Below are positions 1 through 9,593 of a DNA stretch of 64,000 nt, piece after piece. The stretch comes from a virus. Its lineage: Duplodnaviria > Caudoviricetes. The DNA is taken from the IMG/VR virus record IMGVR_UViG_3300044656_000123, positions 32,119-96,118 of that record; one strand, given 5' to 3'. The first letter of the stretch is position 1. The number at the start of each line of letters is the position of its first letter. The notes under the pieces were generated by a model. The model was not told the DNA's origin and ran no database searches. It worked only from the letters and a program-made list of their open reading frames with translations. Position numbers and translations under genes: made by a program.

Positions 1-368
1 AGAGCCAGGAAAATTTGTTTAACATCGTGGTAGTAATAGCGGCTATATTCCTGTAGTGTTTCGATCAGAAAGAATTTGACCCGTGATACAATGTTATCCT
101 TAACAACGTCGGGCCAGTACTTTTGCACCCGTTTATAAGTAAAAAATCTGCATTTATTTAAGTCAGAGGCGTCGGCTGTCAAGGCCCATTGCATATAATC
201 CTGATAAGCTTCTTCGTCAAGTTCATGAACTACGACGTAGCGGCTTAGTATCGCTTCTCTTAGTGCAGTATTGCGCATATTTTTAATATATTCATCAAGA
301 GCAAGGATAGTGCCTCTTTGCTTGATATCAGCCATAAACTCTTGACCACTGTGATAATAGTCTCTCAA
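1..368 (-). CDS. hypothetical protein, 3' end runs off the window
   Basis: Frame open from TTG at 368 (LRDYYHSGQEFMADIKQRG...) to position 1; GGAG SD at 377-380; not in the ORF track. Confidence 0.65.
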   Translation of the reverse strand, partial: MRDYYHSGQEFMADIKQRGTILALDEYIKNMRNTALREAILSRYVVVHELDEEAYQDYMQWALTADASDLNKCRFFTYKRVQKYWPDVVKDNIVSRVKFFLIETLQEYSRYYYHDVKQIFLA

Positions 369-455
369 TTGTTGCTCTCCAAGCCGGAAGAATGTATTTA
401 TTGTAACGAGCGGCAACGAATTTTGATGTGTTTTTAAAAATTCATCCTAAAAGTG

Positions 456-490
456 TTGACAACTGTAATGTTTTCGTGTAAGATTGTCAA
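456..490. promoter_or_regulatory. overlapping divergent sigma70-type promoters
   Basis: Plus TTGACA(456)-17-TAAGAT(479); minus TTGACA(490-485)-17-TACAGT(467-462); lies between divergent genes. Confidence 0.7.
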
Positions 491-510
491 TGTAATCACG
501 AAGCAAGGAG

Positions 511-957
511 ATGGCGCGAATGTTCTTCGATAAAAGCGATTTAGAGATGACCGCTCTGGACATCTATCAGCTTGAAGGCAAGGACCGCAAAATCGCTGAG
601 CTACCTTGCGTCGAAATTAGTGACGACACCGTTGAGGTGGGATCACAGCAAAACATCATGCAGAGGTACAAAGTTTTGCATGATGGCACAAAGCCGATTA
701 TGTGTGAATGTACATGGTCCAGTTATCACCCGAAAGAATACATTACCCCTGAAGGCACAAAAATCATGGGTAACGAGTGCAAGAGTCATTTCAAGCGGGT
801 GCAATGGGCTATCGACAAACGCACAGCGCGGCTAGCTGCCGAGAAGCAAAGTAAGGTAGCGGTAAGCGTTGAAGTAAAGGCCAGTGTAGAAGTAAAACCT
901 GCTGAGCGTAAGCGTGAACATTCACCGCTTCACGTAAAGCCATTTAGTTTGACCTAA
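511..957 (+). CDS. hypothetical protein with SWIM-like Zn finger
   Basis: CEC...CKSH motif; AAGGAG upstream. Confidence 0.55.
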   Translation: MARMFFDKSDLEMTALDIYQLEGKDRKIAELPCVEISDDTVEVGSQQNIMQRYKVLHDGTKPIMCECTWSSYHPKEYITPEGTKIMGNECKSHFKRVQWAIDKRTARLAAEKQSKVAVSVEVKASVEVKPAERKREHSPLHVKPFSLT

Positions 958-1002
958 TTTGACACATTTTGACACAACAAGACACAAAAGGAGTTTAAAA
1001 CT

Positions 1003-2487
1003 ATGTTATTCGATGATTCAACCCTTGACATGCTTGGTATCCCTGAACTTGACGATGCTGCTACTGAGGAATCATCAGACTTCCTTACAGGCGGCATGGA
1101 GATACAGTATCCGCAACTTGTTTGGTTCTCTGGCTTAGCTGGCAAAAATCCCATTGTAGAGAAGGCCGGGGCTAATGAGTGGGCCGAGACTGATCAACAG
1201 GCTATCGGTGCATGGATCGAAGTTTCTAAAACACCGGAGAAGCTTCAGGAAATCGCCGCTAAGCTTGCCGAGAAAGGCGTTGTGAAGTTCGCGCATATCC
1301 AGCATGACGACGGGAAAGTCAAAGAATATTGGGCCATTAATGACCCGAAGTACCTTGTGTTGGCGCATGGCATACCTAGCCAGTGGCAGGTTATGCACTT
1401 CGACAAGACCGAAGCCAAATGGGTGCATAACACCGAGAAGGAATTAGGCATCGCACGCGGCACCATGACCATCGAGCACAAAGACATCAACAAGCAGTCA
1501 ACGTACAACTTCATCTCTTGCCTTGTGATTGTCAAGCAACTCGCTGACTTGTACGTTGACGAAGATGGCAACCCGTTGCCTCTGTTGATGAGCTTCAAGA
1601 GCTTGAACGTGCGCGTCGTCCACGATGCCTTGACTGCGCATTACGGCTTCATTGCCGATCAACGCAAATGGTATGCTGGCGAACTGTTGGAAAACAAGGC
1701 TTTCAAGGCCCGCTACAAAGGCAAGAAGGAAGAGGAGCTTAAGCGTATCGCTTCCGCTATAGCGAATCGTCACTGTCAATTCTGGTCTTACTACCTGCCT
1801 CTGGACAGAAGCAAGGTCCGTAAGGAGCACAAGGCTGGCGCGAACAATCAGAATGGCGGAAGCCAGAAAGTGTATGAGCCGGAAAACAAGGCGGCTGCTA
1901 CGCTTCTCTACAACAACCGTCCTAGCGCTGAAGAGGCTTTGTACTGCGGTGATGCGCTCTATGTCAAGGTCCGAAACTATGTGCTTGACACAAGCGTACA
2001 ACCACCAGCACCGGGCGGCATGGCTATTGATTATTGCCGGGAACGCGTTGCACGCGCCGTTGAAAATCAGAATACTCTGAACAAATACGGCAACAACGAG
2101 TTCGGCTCTAAGAAAACCCGTCCTGATTGGATGGCTCAGCAATCTTCAAGAGCTTCGCATGGCATTGTTGAGGACGAAACTGGTATACCGGAGTCACTTC
2201 GCTCTAACCCGACGCCTGCCGCACCTAACGCCCAGGCCCGGACACAGCTAAAACTACGCATGGGGAAGATCGAGCACCTACACAAGATCTTTGAGGCGAA
2301 CGCCTGTGAGGAAGGCTTTATCATCCTGCCTGAGCTTAACGAAGCTCTTGAGGAAGTTGGTCTTTCTGACACCCGTAAGGCTGAGATGGCACAGAACGCG
2401 CTTAACGCAGGTAACGCTGTGCTAGCAAGGCTGAAAGAAGAATTACAGGACGCATTTGTTGATGTAGAAGCACCGCGCCGCTTCTAG
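1003..2487 (+). CDS. hypothetical protein, 494 aa
   Basis: Long ORF, AAGGAG SD, followed by palindromic terminator. Confidence 0.85.
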   Translation: MLFDDSTLDMLGIPELDDAATEESSDFLTGGMEIQYPQLVWFSGLAGKNPIVEKAGANEWAETDQQAIGAWIEVSKTPEKLQEIAAKLAEKGVVKFAHIQHDDGKVKEYWAINDPKYLVLAHGIPSQWQVMHFDKTEAKWVHNTEKELGIARGTMTIEHKDINKQSTYNFISCLVIVKQLADLYVDEDGNPLPLLMSFKSLNVRVVHDALTAHYGFIADQRKWYAGELLENKAFKARYKGKKEEELKRIASAIANRHCQFWSYYLPLDRSKVRKEHKAGANNQNGGSQKVYEPENKAAATLLYNNRPSAEEALYCGDALYVKVRNYVLDTSVQPPAPGGMAIDYCRERVARAVENQNTLNKYGNNEFGSKKTRPDWMAQQSSRASHGIVEDETGIPESLRSNPTPAAPNAQARTQLKLRMGKIEHLHKIFEANACEEGFIILPELNEALEEVGLSDTRKAEMAQNALNAGNAVLARLKEELQDAFVDVEAPRRF

Positions 2488-2498
2488 TTCAGCACAGT

Positions 2499-2532
2499 CA
2501 ACATGGCGTAACAAATTTGTTACGCCATGTTG
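2499..2532. terminator. perfect 34-bp palindrome, probable terminator
   Basis: CAACATGGCGTAACAAA/TTTGTTACGCCATGTTG. Confidence 0.6.
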
Positions 2533-2547
2533 TTGCATTAAGGAGAG

Positions 2548-3108
2548 ATGCACATGAGAGGCCCGAACGAACTTGACAACCCTGATTTTGACGAAGAATT
2601 GCGCAAAGGGGATGAGGTATACTTTGCAAGAGAGGATGAAGAGGACCCGAAAGGTACAATAATAGGCAGTATACCATATGAAGTATTCAACATAGGTTCA
2701 AGCAAAACCGATTTTGACTATATATTACGTTCACCGTCCGGCGAAATGCTCCGCGTCAAGACTGCCTATGTACGCGATATTGACGGTAAAACTTGCCTGA
2801 TCAATGCAGAGATTTTGACTAAGGACACTACAGAGCTTTCCTTGCCGGAAATGTACGAGGACTATGAATTGCTAGGTACTGAAGAATCCCGGCAAGGTCA
2901 GTACGTTGTCATCAATCTTCCAGACGGTGAAGGCACCCGCATGAAAAAGCTGCCTATCGCTTTGTGGGGGCATTATATGGTCAAGTCTTACACTGATTTG
3001 CGCGTTGTGTCAACGCGAACTACCGTCTTGCCTATGGTCTGCTTGTCGAAGCAGCTAGAGCCGCAACGTGTAACGCCTGAAATGTTTGTAGATTGGGCAA
3101 TGATATAA
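2548..3108 (+). CDS. hypothetical protein
   Basis: ORF with AAGGAG SD. Confidence 0.75.
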   Translation: MHMRGPNELDNPDFDEELRKGDEVYFAREDEEDPKGTIIGSIPYEVFNIGSSKTDFDYILRSPSGEMLRVKTAYVRDIDGKTCLINAEILTKDTTELSLPEMYEDYELLGTEESRQGQYVVINLPDGEGTRMKKLPIALWGHYMVKSYTDLRVVSTRTTVLPMVCLSKQLEPQRVTPEMFVDWAMI

Positions 3109-3112
3109 CAAA

Positions 3113-3135
3113 GTAGCCGGGAGATTCCCGGCTAC
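3113..3135. terminator. hairpin between convergent genes
   Basis: GTAGCCGGGA-GAT-TCCCGGCTAC. Confidence 0.55.
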
Positions 3136-3497
3136 GTTCTTTTAGGGTAGTAAATCGGTGTCATTTTGCCGCGAACACCTTTTGCCATTTTAAACAGTTT
3201 GCGCTCTAGTTGTTTCTGTCGTTGCAGATAAGGTATAAGGTGAAATTCATCCATCTCTACATCCTCATGCGCTATCTGCATTAAGCCTGTATAGTCTCTC
3301 ACATCGGGTTCTAGCTCTGCCCGTTTAAGCAAATTGCCTTCGCTGTCAACAATGTCAACGTAGGCAATTTGTGTTGTTATGACTGGCTTTTCTTTGTTCG
3401 CGGCCTTCCTACGGGATTTTTTGGCCCGATTTGGCGTGTTCGTGGCCTGCCTACGGGTCTTTTCTCCTGCGCCTTCTTTCTTTTGTCGTAGTCCCAT
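3132..3497 (-). CDS. hypothetical protein, possibly the frameshifted C-terminal half of 3377..3904
   Basis: Overlaps the upstream ORF by about 120 nt and has no clear SD. Confidence 0.45.
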   Translation of the reverse strand: MGLRQKKEGAGEKTRRQATNTPNRAKKSRRKAANKEKPVITTQIAYVDIVDSEGNLLKRAELEPDVRDYTGLMQIAHEDVEMDEFHLIPYLQRQKQLERKLFKMAKGVRGKMTPIYYPKRT

Positions 3498-3904
3498 CGC
3501 AGCAACTTCACTTTCAAGACATCAGATAACCATATATAGCTCGTTCGCTTCACAGTATACCCTAGTATATCGTGCATGGTATCCTCTGGTATCCAGTCAA
3601 ATTTACCGAGGCCCTTTTGCAATCGCACCGTTTTGTCAGTGTAGTTCGGTATAAATCCGTTTGCTGACGGCGGTGTGCATTCATACCTTAATCGAAGGTT
3701 ATGTATTCGGGCTGCTTGGTCGGTAGTAACATAGCCATACTTGTCGCTTACGCTGCCATATGGTACGATCTGCCTAAACTCATCTATAAATTCGCTGTCG
3801 CTCATCGGGTTTTCTGCGTTCTGTCGAAAACCGTTGTGCGTGTGCATGATAGTCAAAATTTGCTCATCGCTTAACCGATGATTCTCTACGGTAGCTGTAG
3901 TCAT
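3377..3904 (-). CDS. putative DNA-binding protein with two AT-hook-like PVGRPRT motifs
   Basis: AAGGAG SD; repeated GRPR motif at the C-terminus. Confidence 0.6.
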   Translation of the reverse strand: MTTATVENHRLSDEQILTIMHTHNGFRQNAENPMSDSEFIDEFRQIVPYGSVSDKYGYVTTDQAARIHNLRLRYECTPPSANGFIPNYTDKTVRLQKGLGKFDWIPEDTMHDILGYTVKRTSYIWLSDVLKVKLLRWDYDKRKKAQEKRPVGRPRTRQIGPKNPVGRPRTKKSQS

Positions 3905-3987
3905 GGTTTTGCACTCCTTTCAGGGGTATGTTTTACTATAACATATCTTTAAGCTTATGTCAAACCAATTTTTGATGAATTTCATGC

Positions 3988-4263
3988 ATGCAACGAGCGA
4001 GAAAGGACAAAAACATATACAACTTACTCTTGTGCCTCCAACTTCACCCCGGCATCATACTTATACATTACTTGCAAGAAGGTATCTTCTACCAGCTAGG
4101 CCGCTTCAGCGAAAAACAAGCAGACGATCTACTAGCCCACTACGAAAAATATGGTGAACTTACGCTGTGCCAGGGTGATCTGTACTCAGGATTCTACTTT
4201 TACGATCACCGTATCGAGAAATTGACTGAGCAAAAAGCTATTAAGCGCATCAAGACCCTGTAA
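3988..4263 (+). CDS. hypothetical protein
   Basis: ORF fills the gap; start uncertain. Confidence 0.45.
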   Translation: MQRARKDKNIYNLLLCLQLHPGIILIHYLQEGIFYQLGRFSEKQADDLLAHYEKYGELTLCQGDLYSGFYFYDHRIEKLTEQKAIKRIKTL

Positions 4264-4292
4264 TTGACAAATACTATTACAAATGTTAAACT
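4264..4292 (+). promoter_or_regulatory. sigma70-type promoter
   Basis: TTGACA-17-TAAACT with extended TG. Confidence 0.7.
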
Positions 4293-4304
4293 AGGAGCAA
4301 TATT

Positions 4305-4706
4305 GTGGACAATACTAATTGGCGTCCAGCCCCGAACACGCGAGAAAACATCAAGACTCTTGCCGACGAACTAAATAAGGTCTACAACGGATTTGACGGG
4401 AGCATAGGCAGGATCTTAGATCGAAAATACCATGACCGTGACGCCTACGCCGCAATACGTAACTATAGGCGTCAAATGCTCGACTTGATTGAACGCATTG
4501 ACTTCATGATGATGATACAACAAGGTCTAGAGCACAAGGATTTTACTGAACTTGTATTATCAGGGATGCTCAGAGCAGGCGACGTACTGACATCATTGGA
4601 TTTTTTGTCAGAAATAGAGCATAGCGATGCAATAAGGCAAATCGAAAGAAAGGCGAGTAACCATGAGTCTAGGCGACGTAATGACAGTGGGCAACCTCTT
4701 AATTGA
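4305..4706 (+). CDS. hypothetical protein
   Basis: AGGAG SD, GTG start. Confidence 0.7.
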   Translation: MDNTNWRPAPNTRENIKTLADELNKVYNGFDGSIGRILDRKYHDRDAYAAIRNYRRQMLDLIERIDFMMMIQQGLEHKDFTELVLSGMLRAGDVLTSLDFLSEIEHSDAIRQIERKASNHESRRRNDSGQPLN

Positions 4707-5118
4707 GTTTGGCTTAGCAGTACTAGCTGTAAGGGGCATCAATACACAGCAAAATCACGGTGAGCGCATCAGAATTTTTGAAATCATGCAGGAGCGCGGC
4801 GCATTGATGACAACTGAGCAAATCATGTCTCTGCCTCCGCATGTACAAGAGCAGTTGGCTATTGAAATCGAAGAGAGGATCGAAGTAGCCTACAGAGACG
4901 CACAGCGCTACAACCAGCAAAAAGCTCTGCCTGCCCCGAAGCAAGCAGCAAAGAAACGCAATGTTTCATACGCCCCGCGTGGTCATGTAGCAACAGTAAA
5001 AAGTGCTACAAACAGCTATAACCCGGAAGATGAGGCGTATGATGATGAAGATGGAGCCGTGACCATACGGCGTAGTAATAGCCCTAAAAGGCGAATGAGC
5101 CGGGAAGAAGAATGGTAA
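4663..5118 (+). CDS. hypothetical protein
   Basis: ORF in operon. Confidence 0.65.
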   Translation: MSLGDVMTVGNLLIEFGLAVLAVRGINTQQNHGERIRIFEIMQERGALMTTEQIMSLPPHVQEQLAIEIEERIEVAYRDAQRYNQQKALPAPKQAAKKRNVSYAPRGHVATVKSATNSYNPEDEAYDDEDGAVTIRRSNSPKRRMSREEEW

Positions 5119-5119
5119 C

Positions 5120-5557
5120 ATGCACGATTTTTCTAAGCGAAAGCTTCTAGCTTTCATAGTTCTTGCGATGAGCGTGTACACGCTCATCCTTTTTATTACT
5201 GTAAAGTATTTAGAGTATCAAACGGCGCACCCTGAAACGTTGATAGTTACAGTAGTCGTCACGCCAACAACGCCCACGCCACGATACTACGAGCCGACAC
5301 CTACACCTTCTAGCAATCCGCCTGTACCGCATCACAACAAGCCACAACAAGGCGGCTACACTGGTACTGTGACAGAGCCTTACGTTGCTCCTGTTGTGCC
5401 TGTACATTACGTTGTCAGGACTACAGTAAAGCCGACGATTGCATTAAAGCCACATCACTACGTTCATCGTAGTAGGCACCATCACAGGCGTCACTACGAG
5501 CATCGTAGCAGGCACCATCACAGAAAACATCACAAAATTAGGCTTGACAAATGCTAA
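5120..5557 (+). CDS. membrane-anchored Pro/Thr-rich protein with His/Arg-rich tail
   Basis: N-terminal TM (LLAFIVLAMSVYTLILFITV), PT repeats, HRSRHHHR repeats. Confidence 0.7.
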   Translation: MHDFSKRKLLAFIVLAMSVYTLILFITVKYLEYQTAHPETLIVTVVVTPTTPTPRYYEPTPTPSSNPPVPHHNKPQQGGYTGTVTEPYVAPVVPVHYVVRTTVKPTIALKPHHYVHRSRHHHRRHYEHRSRHHHRKHHKIRLDKC

Positions 5558-5572
5558 TTAGCATATTATAAT
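5544..5572 (+). promoter_or_regulatory. consensus promoter with palindromic operator
   Basis: TTGACA-17-TATAAT; spacer contains perfect palindrome ATGCTAATTAGCAT. Confidence 0.85.
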
Positions 5573-5640
5573 AGATCCTAGTAAGAGCGTTGACGGTCCC
5601 CAACGATTCCATAGCCGGACGCTTTTACTAGGATCTTTTT
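5573..5640 (+). ncRNA. putative small RNA or attenuator hairpin
   Basis: AGATCCTAGTAAGAGCGT...ACGCTTTTACTAGGATCT plus T-run immediately after a consensus promoter. Confidence 0.45.
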
Positions 5641-5657
5641 AGTAAGGAGAACAAACC

Positions 5658-5882
5658 ATGAAACCATACATTATTACTTTTTCCTTAATCGTTATTGTTG
5701 CCGCGCTGATGGCATGTTCCGGCTCTGGCTACACATCGTCTTATCATAGTAGCTACAGCTACCCGGTGAACTACGGCTATAGCTGTGTACACAGCAAGAA
5801 AGTAAAAATTAGCACAAAGTATCACCCGGTCTACGGTCTACAGACAAAGAAAACCGTAAAACACCAAACTACCTGCTACTAG
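5658..5882 (+). CDS. putative lipoprotein
   Basis: Signal peptide with lipobox-like LMAC; AAGGAG SD. Confidence 0.6.
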   Translation: MKPYIITFSLIVIVAALMACSGSGYTSSYHSSYSYPVNYGYSCVHSKKVKISTKYHPVYGLQTKKTVKHQTTCY

Positions 5883-5889
5883 GAGAGCC

Positions 5890-6531
5890 ATGAATAGCAT
5901 CAACGTTCAAAACTATATAGAACAGTGCAAGAAGCATGTTAGCCCACGTGCAGACACCCCTATGAAGAAAGAGCTAATGTTTGCGCTTGGCACTGCCGAC
6001 GAAGCTGGCGAGGTCGCTGGCGTCATTAAAAAGATCCATTTTCATGAAATGGACGAAGAAGAAGGCCGCGTACGCCTGCTTAGTGAGGCTGGTGACGTAT
6101 TCTGGTACTTGTTGCAATTGCTAGACATGTACGGCATTGACTTTTACGAGTGCCTTGAACACAACCTTGAAAAGCTCAACAAGAGGCATGGTGAAGAATT
6201 TAGGCCGGGTTACACTTCTGACACAGTTCAACCCCCTAAACGAAAACTAGTACTTTTGATGGGTTTTTCTGACGACGTTGACGCCTACATTGCGGATCGT
6301 CTTAAAAACAAAAAGCATGATCGTGAAATATTCCTTGCCCTGGCCTTTAACTACCTTGAGATTCTACGCGGCTTTAACAACGGCTATGAAACAGTGATCA
6401 CTGACATTACGCGGGGCGACTCTGTTAGCAACGCTTTTACTGAGCTACAGGCGCGGCAACACTTTGAACACCTCGGAGTGTCCATTGAAGTAGTCAGACT
6501 TGAAAACTCTTCAGCGAATCAGGTAAAATAG
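5890..6531 (+). CDS. MazG-like nucleotide pyrophosphohydrolase with C-terminal extension
   Basis: LGTADEAGEVAGVIKK and EAGDVFWY motifs of the MazG-like family. Confidence 0.8.
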   Translation: MNSINVQNYIEQCKKHVSPRADTPMKKELMFALGTADEAGEVAGVIKKIHFHEMDEEEGRVRLLSEAGDVFWYLLQLLDMYGIDFYECLEHNLEKLNKRHGEEFRPGYTSDTVQPPKRKLVLLMGFSDDVDAYIADRLKNKKHDREIFLALAFNYLEILRGFNNGYETVITDITRGDSVSNAFTELQARQHFEHLGVSIEVVRLENSSANQVK

Positions 6532-6549
6532 CCTGACCGAAGCCCATTT

Positions 6550-6579
6550 AAACAGCACCGTAGCGCTACGGTGCTGTTT
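6550..6579. terminator. perfect palindrome terminator
   Basis: AAACAGCACCGTAGC/GCTACGGTGCTGTTT. Confidence 0.65.
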
Positions 6580-6634
6580 TTAGTATCTTGAGTTTTCATT
6601 GTTGGCGTAGTAACATGTCATATTACGATATTTT

Positions 6635-7222
6635 ATGGAGGAACGATCAATGATTGTCACAACTGACAATGAAGTTTGGTACAATACCCTAGTTATGGAG
6701 CATGAACGCAACGCAAACTTTGCACCTGAGAACTCAGGCACTAGGAAAGCTGAAAGCGTCATCGTTGACGAACTAAAGCAAATGCAATATGATCGTTCTT
6801 TGCGTTTTACCGAGAAACAAGCGTTAACGCTACTGTGCGCAAGGCTTGCGGCGCGTCTGCACACACTACGGGAATCTACATCATTTCAGAGTGAAAAACG
6901 AACGGTGTACTATCGCTTCCTTGCCACGCACGCAAAGATCAAGCGCGAAACACCTACGTCAATTTTTCACGCGGTACAAGAATATGTGTATAATGGGCAT
7001 CAAGTAACGCCAATGCAGTGCTTTTGCTTTGGCATGTTTGTTGAGTACTGTGCAAACGGCTACGACTACCGGGAAATACAAGCGTTTGTCACGCAGACGA
7101 CTATGCGCGAGTGGATTATCAGACACATTGATTATTACGAAACAATAGGCAATAGGATTACGTATCAAAATCGTCAAGAGGCTATAGATGCCTTTATTTA
7201 CATTTTAGGGCTATTTCATTGA
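6635..7222 (+). CDS. hypothetical protein
   Basis: ORF; GGAGG SD favours the internal Met at about 6650. Confidence 0.7.
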   Translation: MEERSMIVTTDNEVWYNTLVMEHERNANFAPENSGTRKAESVIVDELKQMQYDRSLRFTEKQALTLLCARLAARLHTLRESTSFQSEKRTVYYRFLATHAKIKRETPTSIFHAVQEYVYNGHQVTPMQCFCFGMFVEYCANGYDYREIQAFVTQTTMREWIIRHIDYYETIGNRITYQNRQEAIDAFIYILGLFH

Positions 7223-7767
7223 TTTTACTTCCTGAAAATGACCCGGCTAACGGGCATTGGCTGAACCTGTATAACTCTGCGGTGTTTCTCACAAAAAGTC
7301 TGCCAAGAGAAAATGGCATGACGTATGCGATGCAGCATCTTTTAGATGAGGTGCGCGAGATACACAATGATGAGATAGTGTTTCAACTGCGTGAAATACG
7401 TCCGTACTTTGCTGCTATCGTAGTGAAAGCATTGCAAGAGACCAAAGGGGACAGCGTATATTTTCAGGGGATACAACACGGTTACTTTCTTTTACACATC
7501 GGTTTGCGTTACCACCAGCAAGATTCTTTGCTTGCGGTCTTAAGGCTGGTAACGCAAGCCCATAGTCACCAGCTTGGTGCAACCGTGTATCGTGATGTGC
7601 TCGGATATATCAGAGATGATATCAGAAAACAGCGTCATGCCTCTCTAGACGCTCTACGAAACGATATCTTGCATTATTTTGACCGTATACGCCGATCCTC
7701 GTTAAAAACAAAAGAAAAGCAGCAGACGTTACTCGCCTGCTGCCATGTACTTCACTGTTTCCACTAG
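7219..7767 (+). CDS. hypothetical protein
   Basis: TTGA overlap with the upstream gene. Confidence 0.6.
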   Translation: MILLPENDPANGHWLNLYNSAVFLTKSLPRENGMTYAMQHLLDEVREIHNDEIVFQLREIRPYFAAIVVKALQETKGDSVYFQGIQHGYFLLHIGLRYHQQDSLLAVLRLVTQAHSHQLGATVYRDVLGYIRDDIRKQRHASLDALRNDILHYFDRIRRSSLKTKEKQQTLLACCHVLHCFH

Positions 7768-8711
7768 ACCGTTTTGACTACCTGTGCTGGCTCATCATCA
7801 TCAAAACCATCAACAACGGTGTATCCTAGCTCTGTAATCTGAGCCTTGACAGTGTTGGCGGCTCCCCATAACTCCTGATAGCGCAGATTGTTGTAAACGT
7901 TCACCAAGTTATGCGCGGCTGTTTCCGGGTCGCCTTCGTTGCTAAACTCCTTTGCCTTGTTAAGAAGCTCTTGCGCCGGATCTGCGGCCTGCTTTAATTC
8001 TTCCTGCATTTCGAGTGCGCGGCCTGCTGAGATGCTAAGACTGCTCATAGCCATTGCAGGGCTATCATCATGCGTGTAGGTACGTCTTAGGTGCTCTGCG
8101 GCACGCTTAGCCTGATACATGGCGTGCTCAGCAAAGCTTGTATGTAAAACGTCCGAAGCCTGTACACAAGCTTTGCTCCAATCAGATTTAGCCCACGCCT
8201 CTTGTAGCTCCTGCAAAGCCGTTGCGCTGATTCTGTCATTTACGCCAAGCTGTTCGTACTTTTCAGCGATTAAGCGGTCTGTCTGCGTGTCAAGGTTTGT
8301 GTCAAAGATCTGAGACAGGTTTTTTGGCCTGTAGCCACGATCCATGACCATCTCATTGAGAATGCGAAAATGATGCATCAACTTATTGTACCGATCAGAG
8401 CCGATGTCAAAACAATTCATGATTGCCCACACGTGGCCGCGCATGGTCTCAAGCGCCTCTACTTGCTCTTTCGTAGTAGGCAAAATGTTGATGTAGCTGG
8501 TGCGTTTCATGAAGCCGACAGAGCTAAGCGGGTTAACCAGATGAACGCCCAAATTAATGACTGGGATAGCGCTGGTGATCCATGTAATATCATCGCTAAG
8601 TGCCGGGTTGACTTCAAACCAATAGCCCCCGATATGCCTAACCGCGTACTGCCCTTTTAGCGTGTTTACTAGCTCTTCATCGTCAATCCAGTATGTTTTA
8701 CCTTGTATCAT
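7764..8711 (-). CDS. hypothetical protein
   Basis: Start moved to MIQGK (8711), which has an AAGGAG SD. Confidence 0.8.
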   Translation of the reverse strand: MIQGKTYWIDDEELVNTLKGQYAVRHIGGYWFEVNPALSDDITWITSAIPVINLGVHLVNPLSSVGFMKRTSYINILPTTKEQVEALETMRGHVWAIMNCFDIGSDRYNKLMHHFRILNEMVMDRGYRPKNLSQIFDTNLDTQTDRLIAEKYEQLGVNDRISATALQELQEAWAKSDWSKACVQASDVLHTSFAEHAMYQAKRAAEHLRRTYTHDDSPAMAMSSLSISAGRALEMQEELKQAADPAQELLNKAKEFSNEGDPETAAHNLVNVYNNLRYQELWGAANTVKAQITELGYTVVDGFDDDEPAQVVKTV

Positions 8712-8781
8712 TAACAAGCTCCTTTTGTTGTGGTTATTGTATAGGACATTTGTAACATAAAAATTACATGGTGTCAAGGTA

Positions 8782-8810
8782 TTGACATGCGAGTAAGCAT
8801 GTGTTAAAAT
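8782..8810 (+). promoter_or_regulatory. promoter with dyad operator
   Basis: TTGACA-17-TAAAAT; ACATGC-GAGTAA-GCATGT; back-to-back with a minus-strand TTGACA at 8772-8777. Confidence 0.75.
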
Positions 8811-8842
8811 GATTTTACCACAAACAAGTAAGGAGTCAAGCG

Positions 8843-9259
8843 ATGGCAACAGGGTTTAATATTGATAATCCGGTCAAAATCGTTGAAGATGGCGACAAAT
8901 TTGACGGGCTGCAAGGCACTGTCAAAGGCCACGATACTAACGGTGATTATTGGGTGCAGGTGCAGGGCTATGAGGGCTGTTACCGCTTTCCGCAAGAGAG
9001 CCTAAAACTAAACATTGTCAGCAATGTGCTTGAGATTGTCATTGAAAAGTACTACGACCTTCCTAGAAACCTAGACTGTGTACTTAAAGAAACAAAAGCG
9101 CTGAACCACGTCATGACAGATCACTTTACGATATTAAAATTTGACCTACAGCAAAAACTCTGGAAAGAGCTAGACAATGAGCTAGCCGCCTCTAAGAGAG
9201 ACGGTGACATCATTGACTACAAGGTTACGTACTGGTCTATTAGCCCTGATGTGTCATGA
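8843..9259 (+). CDS. hypothetical protein (KOW/SH3-like N-terminus)
   Basis: AAGGAG SD; VKIVEDGDKFDGLQGTV pattern. Confidence 0.7.
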   Translation: MATGFNIDNPVKIVEDGDKFDGLQGTVKGHDTNGDYWVQVQGYEGCYRFPQESLKLNIVSNVLEIVIEKYYDLPRNLDCVLKETKALNHVMTDHFTILKFDLQQKLWKELDNELAASKRDGDIIDYKVTYWSISPDVS

Positions 9260-9269
9260 GGAAGCGTTA

Positions 9270-9593
9270 ATGAATATTGTTATAACGCCGCTCCGAGACG
9301 CAAAGCAAGAGGCATTTGCTGCCATGAATACGGCATGTCGTGGACATTTAAGAGCCAGGGCGATAGCCGGGGAATTGCTTAGTAATGCCTTCTTTGGCCG
9401 CGCCGCAAGCGACGTAGCCGAGGTGGTAAAGGCAGAGGCAGACAAGTACGGGGCGCTATGGTTTTGCCAGCATGTACACGGCGTTGAACTAGGTGAACTT
9501 ATAGAAACAGGGGTCATAGGTTATTGTCTCTACATGGCCTATGATGCTATTGTAGAGGTGCAACATGATCTTGACAAAGCAGGAAGCGGCTAG
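9270..9593 (+). CDS. hypothetical protein
   Basis: GAGG SD before ATG 9270. Confidence 0.65.
   Translation: MNIVITPLRDAKQEAFAAMNTACRGHLRARAIAGELLSNAFFGRAASDVAEVVKAEADKYGALWFCQHVHGVELGELIETGVIGYCLYMAYDAIVEVQHDLDKAGSG

Noticed and set aside
1498-2142. 214-aa minus-strand ORF and similar antisense ORFs in capsid, tail tube and TMP
   Set aside because: Antisense shadows of well-supported plus-strand genes
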